Part shown: piece after piece, positions 51,049 through 59,987 of the stretch
Layout of the letters: each line of letters opens with the position of its first letter
Position numbering within the stretch: the stretch's first letter is position 1
Origin: Kiritimatiellia bacterium
GTDB taxonomy: Bacteria; Verrucomicrobiota; Kiritimatiellia; JAAZAB01
Direction of reading: 5' to 3'
Length of the DNA: 64,000 nucleotides
Assembly: GCA_040767085.1 (NCBI GenBank)
Contig: JAXGPF010000003.1
Span: forward strand, 160,001 to 224,000
The notes under the pieces: generated by a model
Database searches by the model: none
Seen by the model: the letters and a program-made list of their open reading frames with translations, nothing else
Told to the model about the DNA's origin: nothing
Program-made: the position numbers and the translations under genes

Positions 51049-52557
51049 ATGACACAAGTGCGGATAAATAACTTTAAATGTTTTGAAGAGGCTATTGTGC
51101 CGTTGCGCCGCTTGACCTTTATTTATGGACAAAACAGTTCCGGTAAAAGCACGATTTTTCAGGCAATTAATCTGATCCGGCTGGTCATTATGCAACTTAA
51201 TAAAAAAGAGAGTAGATACAGCAAAAACAAGGAACAAGACAAGTCGCGCGAAGATGAAGATATCGGAATGGATGCTTGGAAACGGATCCCTTGGTTTCGC
51301 GGTGGCATTTCAGCCATGCAACGGGACAAAAACGATCCCATTAAAATTGGCTTTACATTGAAATTGGAAGGAGATGGCACAGAAGGAAGCACCTATATTA
51401 CCACAGATATGTCTGTTGGTAATAAGTGGGATTTAGGAAAACACGGCAATTCCCTGCCGGACAAAATTGTTTTTGGCTTTCAATATGGCAAACTTGATGC
51501 GTTCCGCGACAAGGATAACAAATATTTAGATTTAACGATCACGATAAACAATCGCGTGCCAGAAAACCAACAAAGCGTTTTTAGCCGGCAATTCGGCTTT
51601 GTGCAAGTGTCACCGACCCTGTTGGATTGGTTTTGCAGGGAATATAGTCCCGCAAGCGAGCAAATATTCCGGGATTATTTTAATAGCCCATTACCCTTGA
51701 ATTGGGGCGAGGTGCCCTTTTTTAAATCCTTTAACAAAAAGCCTAAATATCCCAATAATGATCATGCGTTTAATAAGGCCTACAAATGGGTTAATGGTTC
51801 GCTTGAACGCGCGTGGGGAGAAATAGAGGATTATCTTAAACCAGCACTCTTGATGGGGTTTTATTCCGGACATATATCCGCCGATGAACATTATATAGGG
51901 CACGATATTCGAAATACTAACGTAAGATTTCATTTAAAAAAAGAATTTGATGATTTCCTAAATAATGAAAAGGTTATAAACCAGGTAAACGAAGCTCTCA
52001 ACCTTCTGGATACTCCACATCGTCTGGATTCAAAGAAAGGCATTCTTGATCTGCGCAAGCAAACATCTGAAAAAGGGAGCGTTTTGACGGAAGTTGGTTA
52101 TGGTATCCAATACCTTGTCCCGAGGCTTTTGTTGCTTTTTGGCGGAGAGCATCCACTATGCATGATCGAGGAGCCAGAAGCACATGTGCATCCGCGTTTA
52201 CAAGCCAAGCTTGGTTCATTGTTTTTAAAACAATCAGCATCTGCTGATATGATGCGGCAACTTATAATAGAAAGTCATAGTGAAAATCTTATTTTGCAAA
52301 TTAAACGCAATATTCATGATATGGCTGAAGCGGATGCAGAAACAGCGAAAAAATGGGCTGATAACATTTTGGCGCTTTACGTTGATTACTCACAGGACAC
52401 TGCAACGCCAGATATTGAAGCCGACGCGGAAAAGCCACAGGCAAACGTTGAGGCAACTCCCCGGATATCATACATCCGAATTGACAGCGAGGGTAATTTT
52501 ATGGATTATTGGCCTAAAGGATTCTTCCCTGAACGTCAAGAAAACCTTTACTACTGA
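51049..52557 (+). CDS. ABC/AAA_15-type ATPase with DUF3696-like C-terminus
   Basis: INNFKCF, YGQNSSGKST, VGYGIQYLVP, IEEPEAHVHP, IESHSE, IDSEG...WPKGFF. Confidence 0.88.
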   Translation: MTQVRINNFKCFEEAIVPLRRLTFIYGQNSSGKSTIFQAINLIRLVIMQLNKKESRYSKNKEQDKSREDEDIGMDAWKRIPWFRGGISAMQRDKNDPIKIGFTLKLEGDGTEGSTYITTDMSVGNKWDLGKHGNSLPDKIVFGFQYGKLDAFRDKDNKYLDLTITINNRVPENQQSVFSRQFGFVQVSPTLLDWFCREYSPASEQIFRDYFNSPLPLNWGEVPFFKSFNKKPKYPNNDHAFNKAYKWVNGSLERAWGEIEDYLKPALLMGFYSGHISADEHYIGHDIRNTNVRFHLKKEFDDFLNNEKVINQVNEALNLLDTPHRLDSKKGILDLRKQTSEKGSVLTEVGYGIQYLVPRLLLLFGGEHPLCMIEEPEAHVHPRLQAKLGSLFLKQSASADMMRQLIIESHSENLILQIKRNIHDMAEADAETAKKWADNILALYVDYSQDTATPDIEADAEKPQANVEATPRISYIRIDSEGNFMDYWPKGFFPERQENLYY

Positions 52558-52564
52558 TTTTGCT

Positions 52565-53752
52565 ATGCTCAATTATTGCACCATAGACCCATTTCTCGTT
52601 ACGATGGCGAGAACACCAACAATCCCCTCATCGGGTAACAATATACAAATATCTACTACTTCGGAACCAGCTCCCTCGTCTACTGTCCCCAGACAGGTTG
52701 GTCACAGTTCAATCCGATATTTTCTGAAGAGAGTTGCCAGCCGGCACATTTTGTGCGACTTTTTCCTGGGAGTGAGTGGATCCGGAACGTGTAAATATCG
52801 AAAATATTTTGAGGACATAGTTTTTGCCGGTGAAAATCATTTTGCCGTCTACTGGCGGGAATTTTCTTTGGCTCGACATTTTGAGCGATTAAAAACAGAT
52901 TTTACGAATTTCCGTGATAAGGATCGCCTTGCGAAAATATGCCCGGATGTTTGCCCAAAATCATCTGCGGGTGCTGATGACTGGGGCAACTGGGCCATGA
53001 AAATGGGCTACCTGTTGGCAGGATGCGCCGCCGACGATATAACAATAATTATTGCGCACCATAAGACGGTTGAAATGCTGAATGCGCTACTTAACCATTT
53101 TAAATGTGCGCTTACCCCTGAAACAAGCGCTTATATTGAAAAGTATCGGCGAAACTGCGTAACCGTAGAGAACCAAGCTGAAGCAAGCGGCTTGAAGTTG
53201 AGCGGCAACTTGGAGGTCCTCGAAAATTCGTGGTTTTTGCTTTCAAGCGTGGAACGGTTTGACCGCCGGATAAATCTTTCAATAGGCCTAAATTTAGCGG
53301 GAATACCGGTGACCGAGTTTTTAAAATTGTTAAACCCTATTCGCCAATGCTTTCCGCATGTCTACGCAATACAATCCTCCAAGCCACCAAATAAAACCTT
53401 GGCTTTATGGAAACAAAACAATTTTAATATCAATATAATTACCACTGATAGTTTACCAAAAGAGCATAAAGGGCTTTGGCATGATCGGTTTATTGTATTT
53501 GCTTCACATCCTCGAGAGCAGGGCATGCGATCACCACACCGGTTTGTAGCGTTGGTATTTTCAGCGCCATTTGAGCAGATATTTTATGTGCCTGAACAAC
53601 ATTTTATGCGCCATAATACTTTTTATTTGCGCCAAGGTACTTGCCTTTTGCGCTGTGACAGTGATTGTTCTAATACTCCAGGGTCTCATGAAAATATAGC
53701 AAGCTTTCTTGCAAATACTTCAGCTACGCTCCCCCCTTTATCTGAACCATGA
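52565..53752 (+). CDS. Hypothetical protein with C-terminal HDRF motif (possible PLD-like nuclease)
   Basis: ATG 7 nt after the ATPase stop; WHDRFIVF; the ORF-track start at 52280 overlaps the ATPase and is rejected. Confidence 0.55.
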   Translation: MLNYCTIDPFLVTMARTPTIPSSGNNIQISTTSEPAPSSTVPRQVGHSSIRYFLKRVASRHILCDFFLGVSGSGTCKYRKYFEDIVFAGENHFAVYWREFSLARHFERLKTDFTNFRDKDRLAKICPDVCPKSSAGADDWGNWAMKMGYLLAGCAADDITIIIAHHKTVEMLNALLNHFKCALTPETSAYIEKYRRNCVTVENQAEASGLKLSGNLEVLENSWFLLSSVERFDRRINLSIGLNLAGIPVTEFLKLLNPIRQCFPHVYAIQSSKPPNKTLALWKQNNFNINIITTDSLPKEHKGLWHDRFIVFASHPREQGMRSPHRFVALVFSAPFEQIFYVPEQHFMRHNTFYLRQGTCLLRCDSDCSNTPGSHENIASFLANTSATLPPLSEP

Positions 53753-55233
53753 AGACAAACGCTATGCCTGTCTCAAACAAAGTATCGTGTGGCATCGGAA
53801 ACTATCCTGATGCTTTATTACGGCTATCTCAACAGCATCAGCCTTTTTGCGATTGGCTCTTGCTCGGACGTTACATTCTTCTGGGAGACGATGGAATTTC
53901 CAATGATGAGCGCAAGGATATCAAGCGGACGAAAGAATATCAACAATTTGCCAATATGTTTTTTGATTTAATCCAGAATATCGAGCGTAATACTCTTGTT
54001 ATTAACTCCGAAACCGCAGACATCCTGACTGGTCTTGCGGCATTTTATGTTTCTTTACGATGTGTTGTGTCGTACAAAAAGAATGTCATGATCAAGGCCA
54101 TGCAATACAACATATTGTTGTATAATTCTATAATATCGGCAATGAAGAGAAACAAAATACACTCATCTATATTTGCCGAAAACATAGTCGCTGGATGTGA
54201 AATTGTGCTCAAGGCAACCGCTAATGACAAGAAGAAAACCCCAGAAGCGCTGGATGCCGGCGTTGATCTGTTGGGTAAATTAATGGAAAGAGTTCCAGGT
54301 GCAACGCCGCTGGGTGACGCCATATTGCGTTATATACGTGATTGGCAGGCGCTGGGCTCCATTGAGGATTCCTGGCTTGAACAAAAACGTGATCAGGCTT
54401 TGTTGCGTTATGTAGGGATAGACGACAACTATTTAAGCAAATATGAAGAATTCAAGGCATGGACGAATTATCACCCTGATGATAATGGTGCAGCAAAAAG
54501 ACTTTTCTTTTTTGCTAAACCTTTAGTTGAAGTGTTTTGCCGGGAAAAACGTTATGAAGACGCCGCTAAAGTATGTGTTGATATTTATAATTTGCACATT
54601 CTTTCAGACACATACAAGCAAGCCATGTTTTGCTTGTTTTACGACTCTTTAACCTTGGATTTGTCTAACGCCAAATGTGAGATCAACCTCGCCCTAAATG
54701 CGCTTATAATTATTTTTGACAAACTAAAACCGGCGGATAATTTTGTTTCAGCCCATTTTGCTGAATTAAAATTATGGGCTGCTATTGGACATATTCAGGC
54801 AAGACGTTCAAAAGACAACGCATCCATTATTAAAGATTTGCCAGAACCCTTGCCCATATCTGAACATGCTCAAAATAAAATTGCCTGGGAAATTTATCGC
54901 CGTTGCAAGCTTTGTATAAAAACTGACCCAATAATGGTTATTGACATGCTTGAACTATATGCTCATTTATCGGAAATAGAAAAGCCGTCTTTGCTTCATT
55001 CCATGATGTTGCAATACGCAACACGTGTTGGTTCATCTTGGACTGGTTTTATTAAATTTATGCGTACACGAGATATGGCTACTTTCCGCCCGGAGGATTT
55101 CAAGACGACAGTTTATGGCAATCGCACATATAACAGTTTGGTTGATAACACTATAAAATGCCTATATCAAACAATAAAACATCAAAAATGGCGTATTATG
55201 GAATCGGCAAGACCCACCGTCAAGGCAATATAG
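53749..55233 (+). CDS. Alpha-helical/TPR-like protein; N-terminal half of a split TPR/OB-fold protein
   Basis: ATGA overlap with the upstream gene; PSLLHS...FIKF...FRPEDF...YNSL recalled from TPR+OB (DUF7017-like) proteins. Confidence 0.6.
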   Translation: MKTNAMPVSNKVSCGIGNYPDALLRLSQQHQPFCDWLLLGRYILLGDDGISNDERKDIKRTKEYQQFANMFFDLIQNIERNTLVINSETADILTGLAAFYVSLRCVVSYKKNVMIKAMQYNILLYNSIISAMKRNKIHSSIFAENIVAGCEIVLKATANDKKKTPEALDAGVDLLGKLMERVPGATPLGDAILRYIRDWQALGSIEDSWLEQKRDQALLRYVGIDDNYLSKYEEFKAWTNYHPDDNGAAKRLFFFAKPLVEVFCREKRYEDAAKVCVDIYNLHILSDTYKQAMFCLFYDSLTLDLSNAKCEINLALNALIIIFDKLKPADNFVSAHFAELKLWAAIGHIQARRSKDNASIIKDLPEPLPISEHAQNKIAWEIYRRCKLCIKTDPIMVIDMLELYAHLSEIEKPSLLHSMMLQYATRVGSSWTGFIKFMRTRDMATFRPEDFKTTVYGNRTYNSLVDNTIKCLYQTIKHQKWRIMESARPTVKAI

Positions 55234-55239
55234 GCCGTA

Positions 55240-56699
55240 TTGGACTATCCCCAAAATATCCTGTGGGATTTTGCGCGGATAGTGTTATTTTCTAAGAAAG
55301 TGAGTGAAAAACGGATTTTTCTGACCATCTGGAAAGTGAAATAGTGGTCTCCAACTGGAAATCCCGTATAATTGGGGTTGAACCAACCAAGAAGGAGACC
55401 ACCGGAATGAATAATAGTCAGACGGCATTCAAATTGCGATCTCAACTTTTAAAATATTTGGGGATATTTTCACCCCATTTTTCCAAACCAGCATTGGCTT
55501 TTCTTGGTGACATGCTCTATGGGATCCAGGCATCCAAAGATATCAAGCTGAGTTGCATTGGCAGGGGCCTGGACGAGGTGATTTCGCTCAAGAAAACCGA
55601 AGAGCGATTAAGCCGGAATCTGGGATGTGAGGGGCTGGCTCAGAGGGTATCGGATTGTTTGGCGTGTGAAGGCGCCAGGCACATAGGGAATGACACCTTG
55701 ATTGTGATAGATCCGACCGATATTCGGAAGCTCTACGCCCGGAAAATGCCATATTTGGCAAAAGTGCGAGACGGGAGCAGCGGCGAGATCGGCAACGGGT
55801 ATCATTGCGGTGTTGCAGTGGCTTGCGAAAGCGGCGGACGCAGTATAGTCCCTTTGCATCTGCGCCTATGGTCGAGCACCGCGCCTGATTTCAAAAGTGA
55901 AAACGATGAGATTGAACAAATCGTCAGCACTATCTGCGCGGGTGCAAAACGACGCGGGATTTACGTTGTGGACCGCGGCGGCGACCGTGACAAGCTGTTT
56001 AATGTGTTAATTGACAGACGCTTGCGATTCATTGTGCGTTTGATTGGCCACCGCCATCTGTTGTGGAGAAAACGCCCCATCCTGGCTGAAAAGCTAGTTG
56101 GTAAATGCCGGATTTCTCACGTTGAAACCATCCGTCGTGAAACTGCCGAAGGTGAAAAAATTTACCGGATTGAATACGGTGCAATTAATGTGTTTCTGCC
56201 GGAACATCCCGATAAACCATTGCGCATGGTCGTTGTGAAGGGATTTGGAGCAAAGCCCATGATGCTCCTGACGGACTTGGCCGGTGGAGATTCCCGGAAA
56301 GGTCTCTGGCAGGTCATTGAAGGATACCTGAGTCGCTGGCGGGTCGAAGATGCGATTCGCTACATCAAGCAAAGCTATCGCCTTGAGGACATCCGCCTGA
56401 TGGATTACACGCGGCTTCGCAACATGATGGCCATGCTGCTGGCCACTGTTTTCTTTGCTTCCGTGTGGCTCGGCAAATCTTTACGCAAAAGCATTCTGGT
56501 CGGCAACATCACCCGCGTTTCCAAGCGACTTTTCGGTGTAGTGGAGTTCCATTATTACGCTATCGCTGACGGCATTGCCGCCTTGTTGCGCCGTTTCGGA
56601 AAATGGCACGGCGCCTGGAATGGCCCCGCCCGAAACACTGTCTCACACCAATTGGAATTAGCCTTGTTTGATTCAGGATAAAAAATGGGGATAGTCCAA
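55240..56699 (+). mobile_element. Complete IS4 family insertion sequence, 1460 bp
   Basis: Perfect 14-bp TIR TTGGACTATCCCCA; 13-bp target duplication AATATAGGCCGTA (55227-55239 and 56700-56712). Confidence 0.95.
55407..56681 (+). CDS. IS4 family DDE transposase
   Basis: IVIDPTD, VVDRGGD, YLSRWRVEDAIRYIK (YREK signature); AAGGAG RBS. Confidence 0.92.
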   Translation: MNNSQTAFKLRSQLLKYLGIFSPHFSKPALAFLGDMLYGIQASKDIKLSCIGRGLDEVISLKKTEERLSRNLGCEGLAQRVSDCLACEGARHIGNDTLIVIDPTDIRKLYARKMPYLAKVRDGSSGEIGNGYHCGVAVACESGGRSIVPLHLRLWSSTAPDFKSENDEIEQIVSTICAGAKRRGIYVVDRGGDRDKLFNVLIDRRLRFIVRLIGHRHLLWRKRPILAEKLVGKCRISHVETIRRETAEGEKIYRIEYGAINVFLPEHPDKPLRMVVVKGFGAKPMMLLTDLAGGDSRKGLWQVIEGYLSRWRVEDAIRYIKQSYRLEDIRLMDYTRLRNMMAMLLATVFFASVWLGKSLRKSILVGNITRVSKRLFGVVEFHYYAIADGIAALLRRFGKWHGAWNGPARNTVSHQLELALFDSG

Positions 56700-56872
56700 A
56701 ATATAGGCCGTAAAGTATACGGAAGCACTTGATGAAGCATCCGTAGAGCTATAACCATAATACACCCACTCCCGTATAGACGGGGGTGGGTGATTTTTAA
56801 AGAGATCTCTTTGCTTGCTCTTGTATAGTTTAGCCTTCGTAATTGGTATTGCCAAATATTCAGGATATTAAG

Positions 56873-58147
56873 ATGGATAATGAATCAAAAACCACTGCGA
56901 AGAAGGATGACGCAGAACATCGCCTTGCGGAGTTGCATAACACGCAAAAAGTAAAGAATACCGGTGACGCGCCTTCAAAAGCCGGAAATGATGACTTCGA
57001 TATAGAGATCAAAAAACAGACCGCCGATACTGAAGAAGATTACCAGGCGCTAATTGACGCATACGAAGACGAATGCGCCCCAGTTGATGAATTGGATTGC
57101 CCGGACGATAGCACAGACGATATTTCTGATTTGTCTTTCGCGCTCGATTTTGTCCAACGCTATTACAAGCAGTGTTCACAACAAACATACGCGGCATATT
57201 ACTACGCAAAACTGCTTTTATTCGCTGATCATAAAAATCAGGCACAAACAGTGTTGCTTGAAGACGCGATTAGTCTTTCCAACAAATATTGGTTTTGGAC
57301 AACGCTCGCTGATACTTTCCAAAACAATGACGACAAAAAACGCCAGGCATGTCTATGCAAGGCGATATTGACAGCCCGGCCCGAAGACGCAAAATATCTA
57401 AATCCTTTGCGCAGGGATTTGCGCGACATATTTAAAGACAACCCAGAATATAACACTGAATCCGACAATTTACCGCTTTATCAGAAATACGCTATTCCAG
57501 CCGATGCAATCGCGACTACAACTCTTAATTGGTTGCCGGCTGTTGTGTTGGGCGTCAAGGATGGAAGCAATATCCGCGTATTATTTCGACAAGATGATAT
57601 GTATTTGTGCGCGAAAGGCACACTAAACGACAACAAATGGTCACACCTTAAACGCGGCGCTTCTATTAGCGTAAAAATCACGGGGAACGCACCTGACATC
57701 ATGGTTCTTTGCATTAAAATACGACGTGCATCAGACTGGAGTATTTTGCCATGGGAGTTTGCAGTTGTTGTGCAAAAATATTCAGCTCGCAAAAGCGTAA
57801 TATTGGCTTTAGTAAAGGGGAAAACACTGATTGTGTCCTCGCGGATATGGCGGGAAGCGGTGAATTGGGAATTAGGCGACATACTGCAAATTAAAATCTT
57901 GCGCGCGGATGGCGAGGAAATAATTGTCGCCTCGAAAATATCACATAAAACCCCCGATTTTGTAAAAAAGACAACCAGTGTCGTTTTGCAAATTAATAAT
58001 GAAGGATGCGCTTGGGTTGATGATGATACTTTTCTGCCGCGCAGACTGACCGCATAGCTTGGTTTAATGAAAGGCGACAAGGTAAGCCTGACAGCGGTTG
58101 AAACCGCGCAAAACAAGTGGGAAACTATTCAAGCCGATAAAAATTGA
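56873..58147 (+). CDS. Acidic linker + TPR + OB-fold-like protein (C-terminal half), with in-frame TAG at 58055-58057
   Basis: YYYAKLL..A, YWFWTTLAD, ACLCKAI TPR; beta-rich C-terminus; the frame continues 29 codons past TAG (LGLMKGDKVSLTAV...) to TGA 58147. Confidence 0.6.
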
Positions 58148-58151
58148 TTTT

Positions 58152-58260
58152 GAGACGCTGTAGAGGTGTGTTTGAGGCCGATGAATGCAATTGCTCGGCC
58201 GGTTATTACGGGTCAGTATGACCCAATGTCGATTCGATGTTAAATCCTCTGCAGCGTCTC
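58152..58260 (+). ncRNA. Candidate structured ncRNA associated with the RT
   Basis: 15-bp closing stem GAGACGCTGTAGAGG / CCTCTGCAGCGTCTC (one U-G pair on + strand) enclosing hairpins GGCCGA..TCGGCC and GGGTCA-GTA-TGACCC. Confidence 0.65.
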
Positions 58261-58268
58261 TTTATTTT

Positions 58269-59987
58269 ATGAGTGAATTGATCGCCAGCGTAACATTGCA
58301 TAAAGTTGCTAATATTCTGATAGGGTTGCGCCTAAAGGATATGCGCGCGCGCCATGATTGCCTTTTTTATTATCAAATCAGTGATGCGGCGCCTTCCGAA
58401 GAGGCCATGCGCGAGTCCGGCGCAGCGAATTATTTGCCGCCACGCCGGCAATGGATACGTCCTGCCCGAGCGGACAGAGCCGGTTTGAATCACGATGCTG
58501 TCGTGCGCAAAGGGATATGGAAAACAATAGCCACACATTTGCGTGGTGGCACGCTCGACAGCACCCTCTGGGGACAACAACTTCTTTCTTTACACGCTGA
58601 AATACAGGAAGCGTTTAATGCGCCTGAAAACACTGTGTTTACACCACCTGACGTTTTGTTAATAAAAAAAGCTGAAACCGGCAAGTATCGCATAATGGCG
58701 CCCTGCGCAAACATAAAGGAGCGTATAATCAGTGGTATTCTGGCGCGCTATTTTGAAGATTTAATTGAATCAGTATTGGATGATTCGTGTTATTCCTTCC
58801 GCATGAACGGCCAAACTCTCCACGACGCAATTTTGAATCTACAGACATATAGCCAAAACAACACCGACAAAATGCTGTATGTTGCAGAATGCGACTTGCG
58901 TGGGTTTTTTGACAGTCTATGCCATGATGTTGCCATTGATGCCGTAAAATATTTGGCTTCTATTCGCCACATAACCATTGATCCCGGAGCCATGGTTTTG
59001 CTGAATTCACTTTTGCGCTCATATTCTTTTCCGGGTTATGCGTTACCTAAAGCACTTGAAAAATTAAAAGATAATACGACAGGTTGCATTGACTGGTTGT
59101 CTCCACAAGAGCGCAATAAAATATATGGCAAAATTGCAGATACCGCCATAGGTATCCCGCAGGGAAATCCGATTTCTCCTGTTTTGGCAAATGCAGCATT
59201 AACTTTTGCGGACAAACAAGTTAAATCCGTATTGGGAACCGAAGGCTTTTACGCACGCTATTGTGATGATATAATTCTTTTACATCCTGACAGAAAAATA
59301 TGTGATTCAGGCTTGAAAGCTTATTATCACGCCATTACAAAACTTCGTCTGCCGGCACACCCAGCGGAGATTGTTGTAAAATACAGCAAATCTCATTACA
59401 ATAAAAAATCCCGCAAACCTTACCCTTGGGGTGACGATAAATCCATGGAAAAGGCTATGCCGTGGATACAATTTGTTGGGTATCAACTGCACAGGGACGG
59501 AATAATTAGAATTCGCAAACAAAGTATAAATAATCAAAAAATGGCAATAAACAAAGTCGTTGCTACAGCTCGGAAGATTGTTCACAAATCTAAAAAAAAC
59601 AATATTCCGTTGAAACTGGACCCGAAAAAAATATATTGCAAAGTGATAATGCGCCTTGTTCGCGCAGGGCTTGGCGACCGCCGGCCTAAAGCAGGCACAC
59701 ATCCGATCGCTGAGCCATGCTGGATTGACGCATTCCCTCTGATCGAAAGGAATCCATGGACAGAAAAGCAAATGCGGGAATTGGATCGCCATAGAGAGAT
59801 TGCATCGCGTAAATTTAAATATTGGCTCGTAAATAATGACAATTTTGTCGAAAACAATGAGTTTTCTGGCCGAAATAAAGAAAAACGCCCTGAACCATTT
59901 TATGGTGCCCCATACAGTTATTATTGCGCGTTGGATAGAGAAAAGAACAGAATCAGGGATTTTAATGCAAATTATGGCAATATTTAA
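58269..59987 (+). CDS. Reverse transcriptase of unassigned (UG/DRT-like) class, 572 aa
   Basis: IKK...KYR, CYSFR, ECDLRGFFDSL, GIPQGNPISPVLAN, YARYCDDII, FVGY; start set at ATG 58269, after the hairpin. Confidence 0.9.
   Translation: MSELIASVTLHKVANILIGLRLKDMRARHDCLFYYQISDAAPSEEAMRESGAANYLPPRRQWIRPARADRAGLNHDAVVRKGIWKTIATHLRGGTLDSTLWGQQLLSLHAEIQEAFNAPENTVFTPPDVLLIKKAETGKYRIMAPCANIKERIISGILARYFEDLIESVLDDSCYSFRMNGQTLHDAILNLQTYSQNNTDKMLYVAECDLRGFFDSLCHDVAIDAVKYLASIRHITIDPGAMVLLNSLLRSYSFPGYALPKALEKLKDNTTGCIDWLSPQERNKIYGKIADTAIGIPQGNPISPVLANAALTFADKQVKSVLGTEGFYARYCDDIILLHPDRKICDSGLKAYYHAITKLRLPAHPAEIVVKYSKSHYNKKSRKPYPWGDDKSMEKAMPWIQFVGYQLHRDGIIRIRKQSINNQKMAINKVVATARKIVHKSKKNNIPLKLDPKKIYCKVIMRLVRAGLGDRRPKAGTHPIAEPCWIDAFPLIERNPWTEKQMRELDRHREIASRKFKYWLVNNDNFVENNEFSGRNKEKRPEPFYGAPYSYYCALDREKNRIRDFNANYGNI

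Noticed and set aside
51049-53752. Menshen, Septu or PARIS call
   Set aside because: No DUF262, HNH (PtuB) or TOPRIM/DUF4435 partner is recognisable
55240-56699. IS4 as the cause of the TPR gene split
   Set aside because: The TAG at 55231-55233 lies in the target sequence itself; removing the IS does not restore the frame
58055-58057. Genome-wide TAG recoding
   Set aside because: TAG is used as a normal stop elsewhere, e.g. aspS (2140), the STAND gene (38902) and the methylase (42025)
58185-58268. ORF-track N-terminal extension of the RT
   Set aside because: It runs through the structured RNA candidate; ATG 58269 right after the stem is more plausible
58269-59987. Assigning the RT as a retron, DGR or group II intron RT
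   Set aside because: No VTG motif or long msd hairpin; no avd and no TR/VR repeat pair noticed; no maturase motif and no room for intron RNA domains
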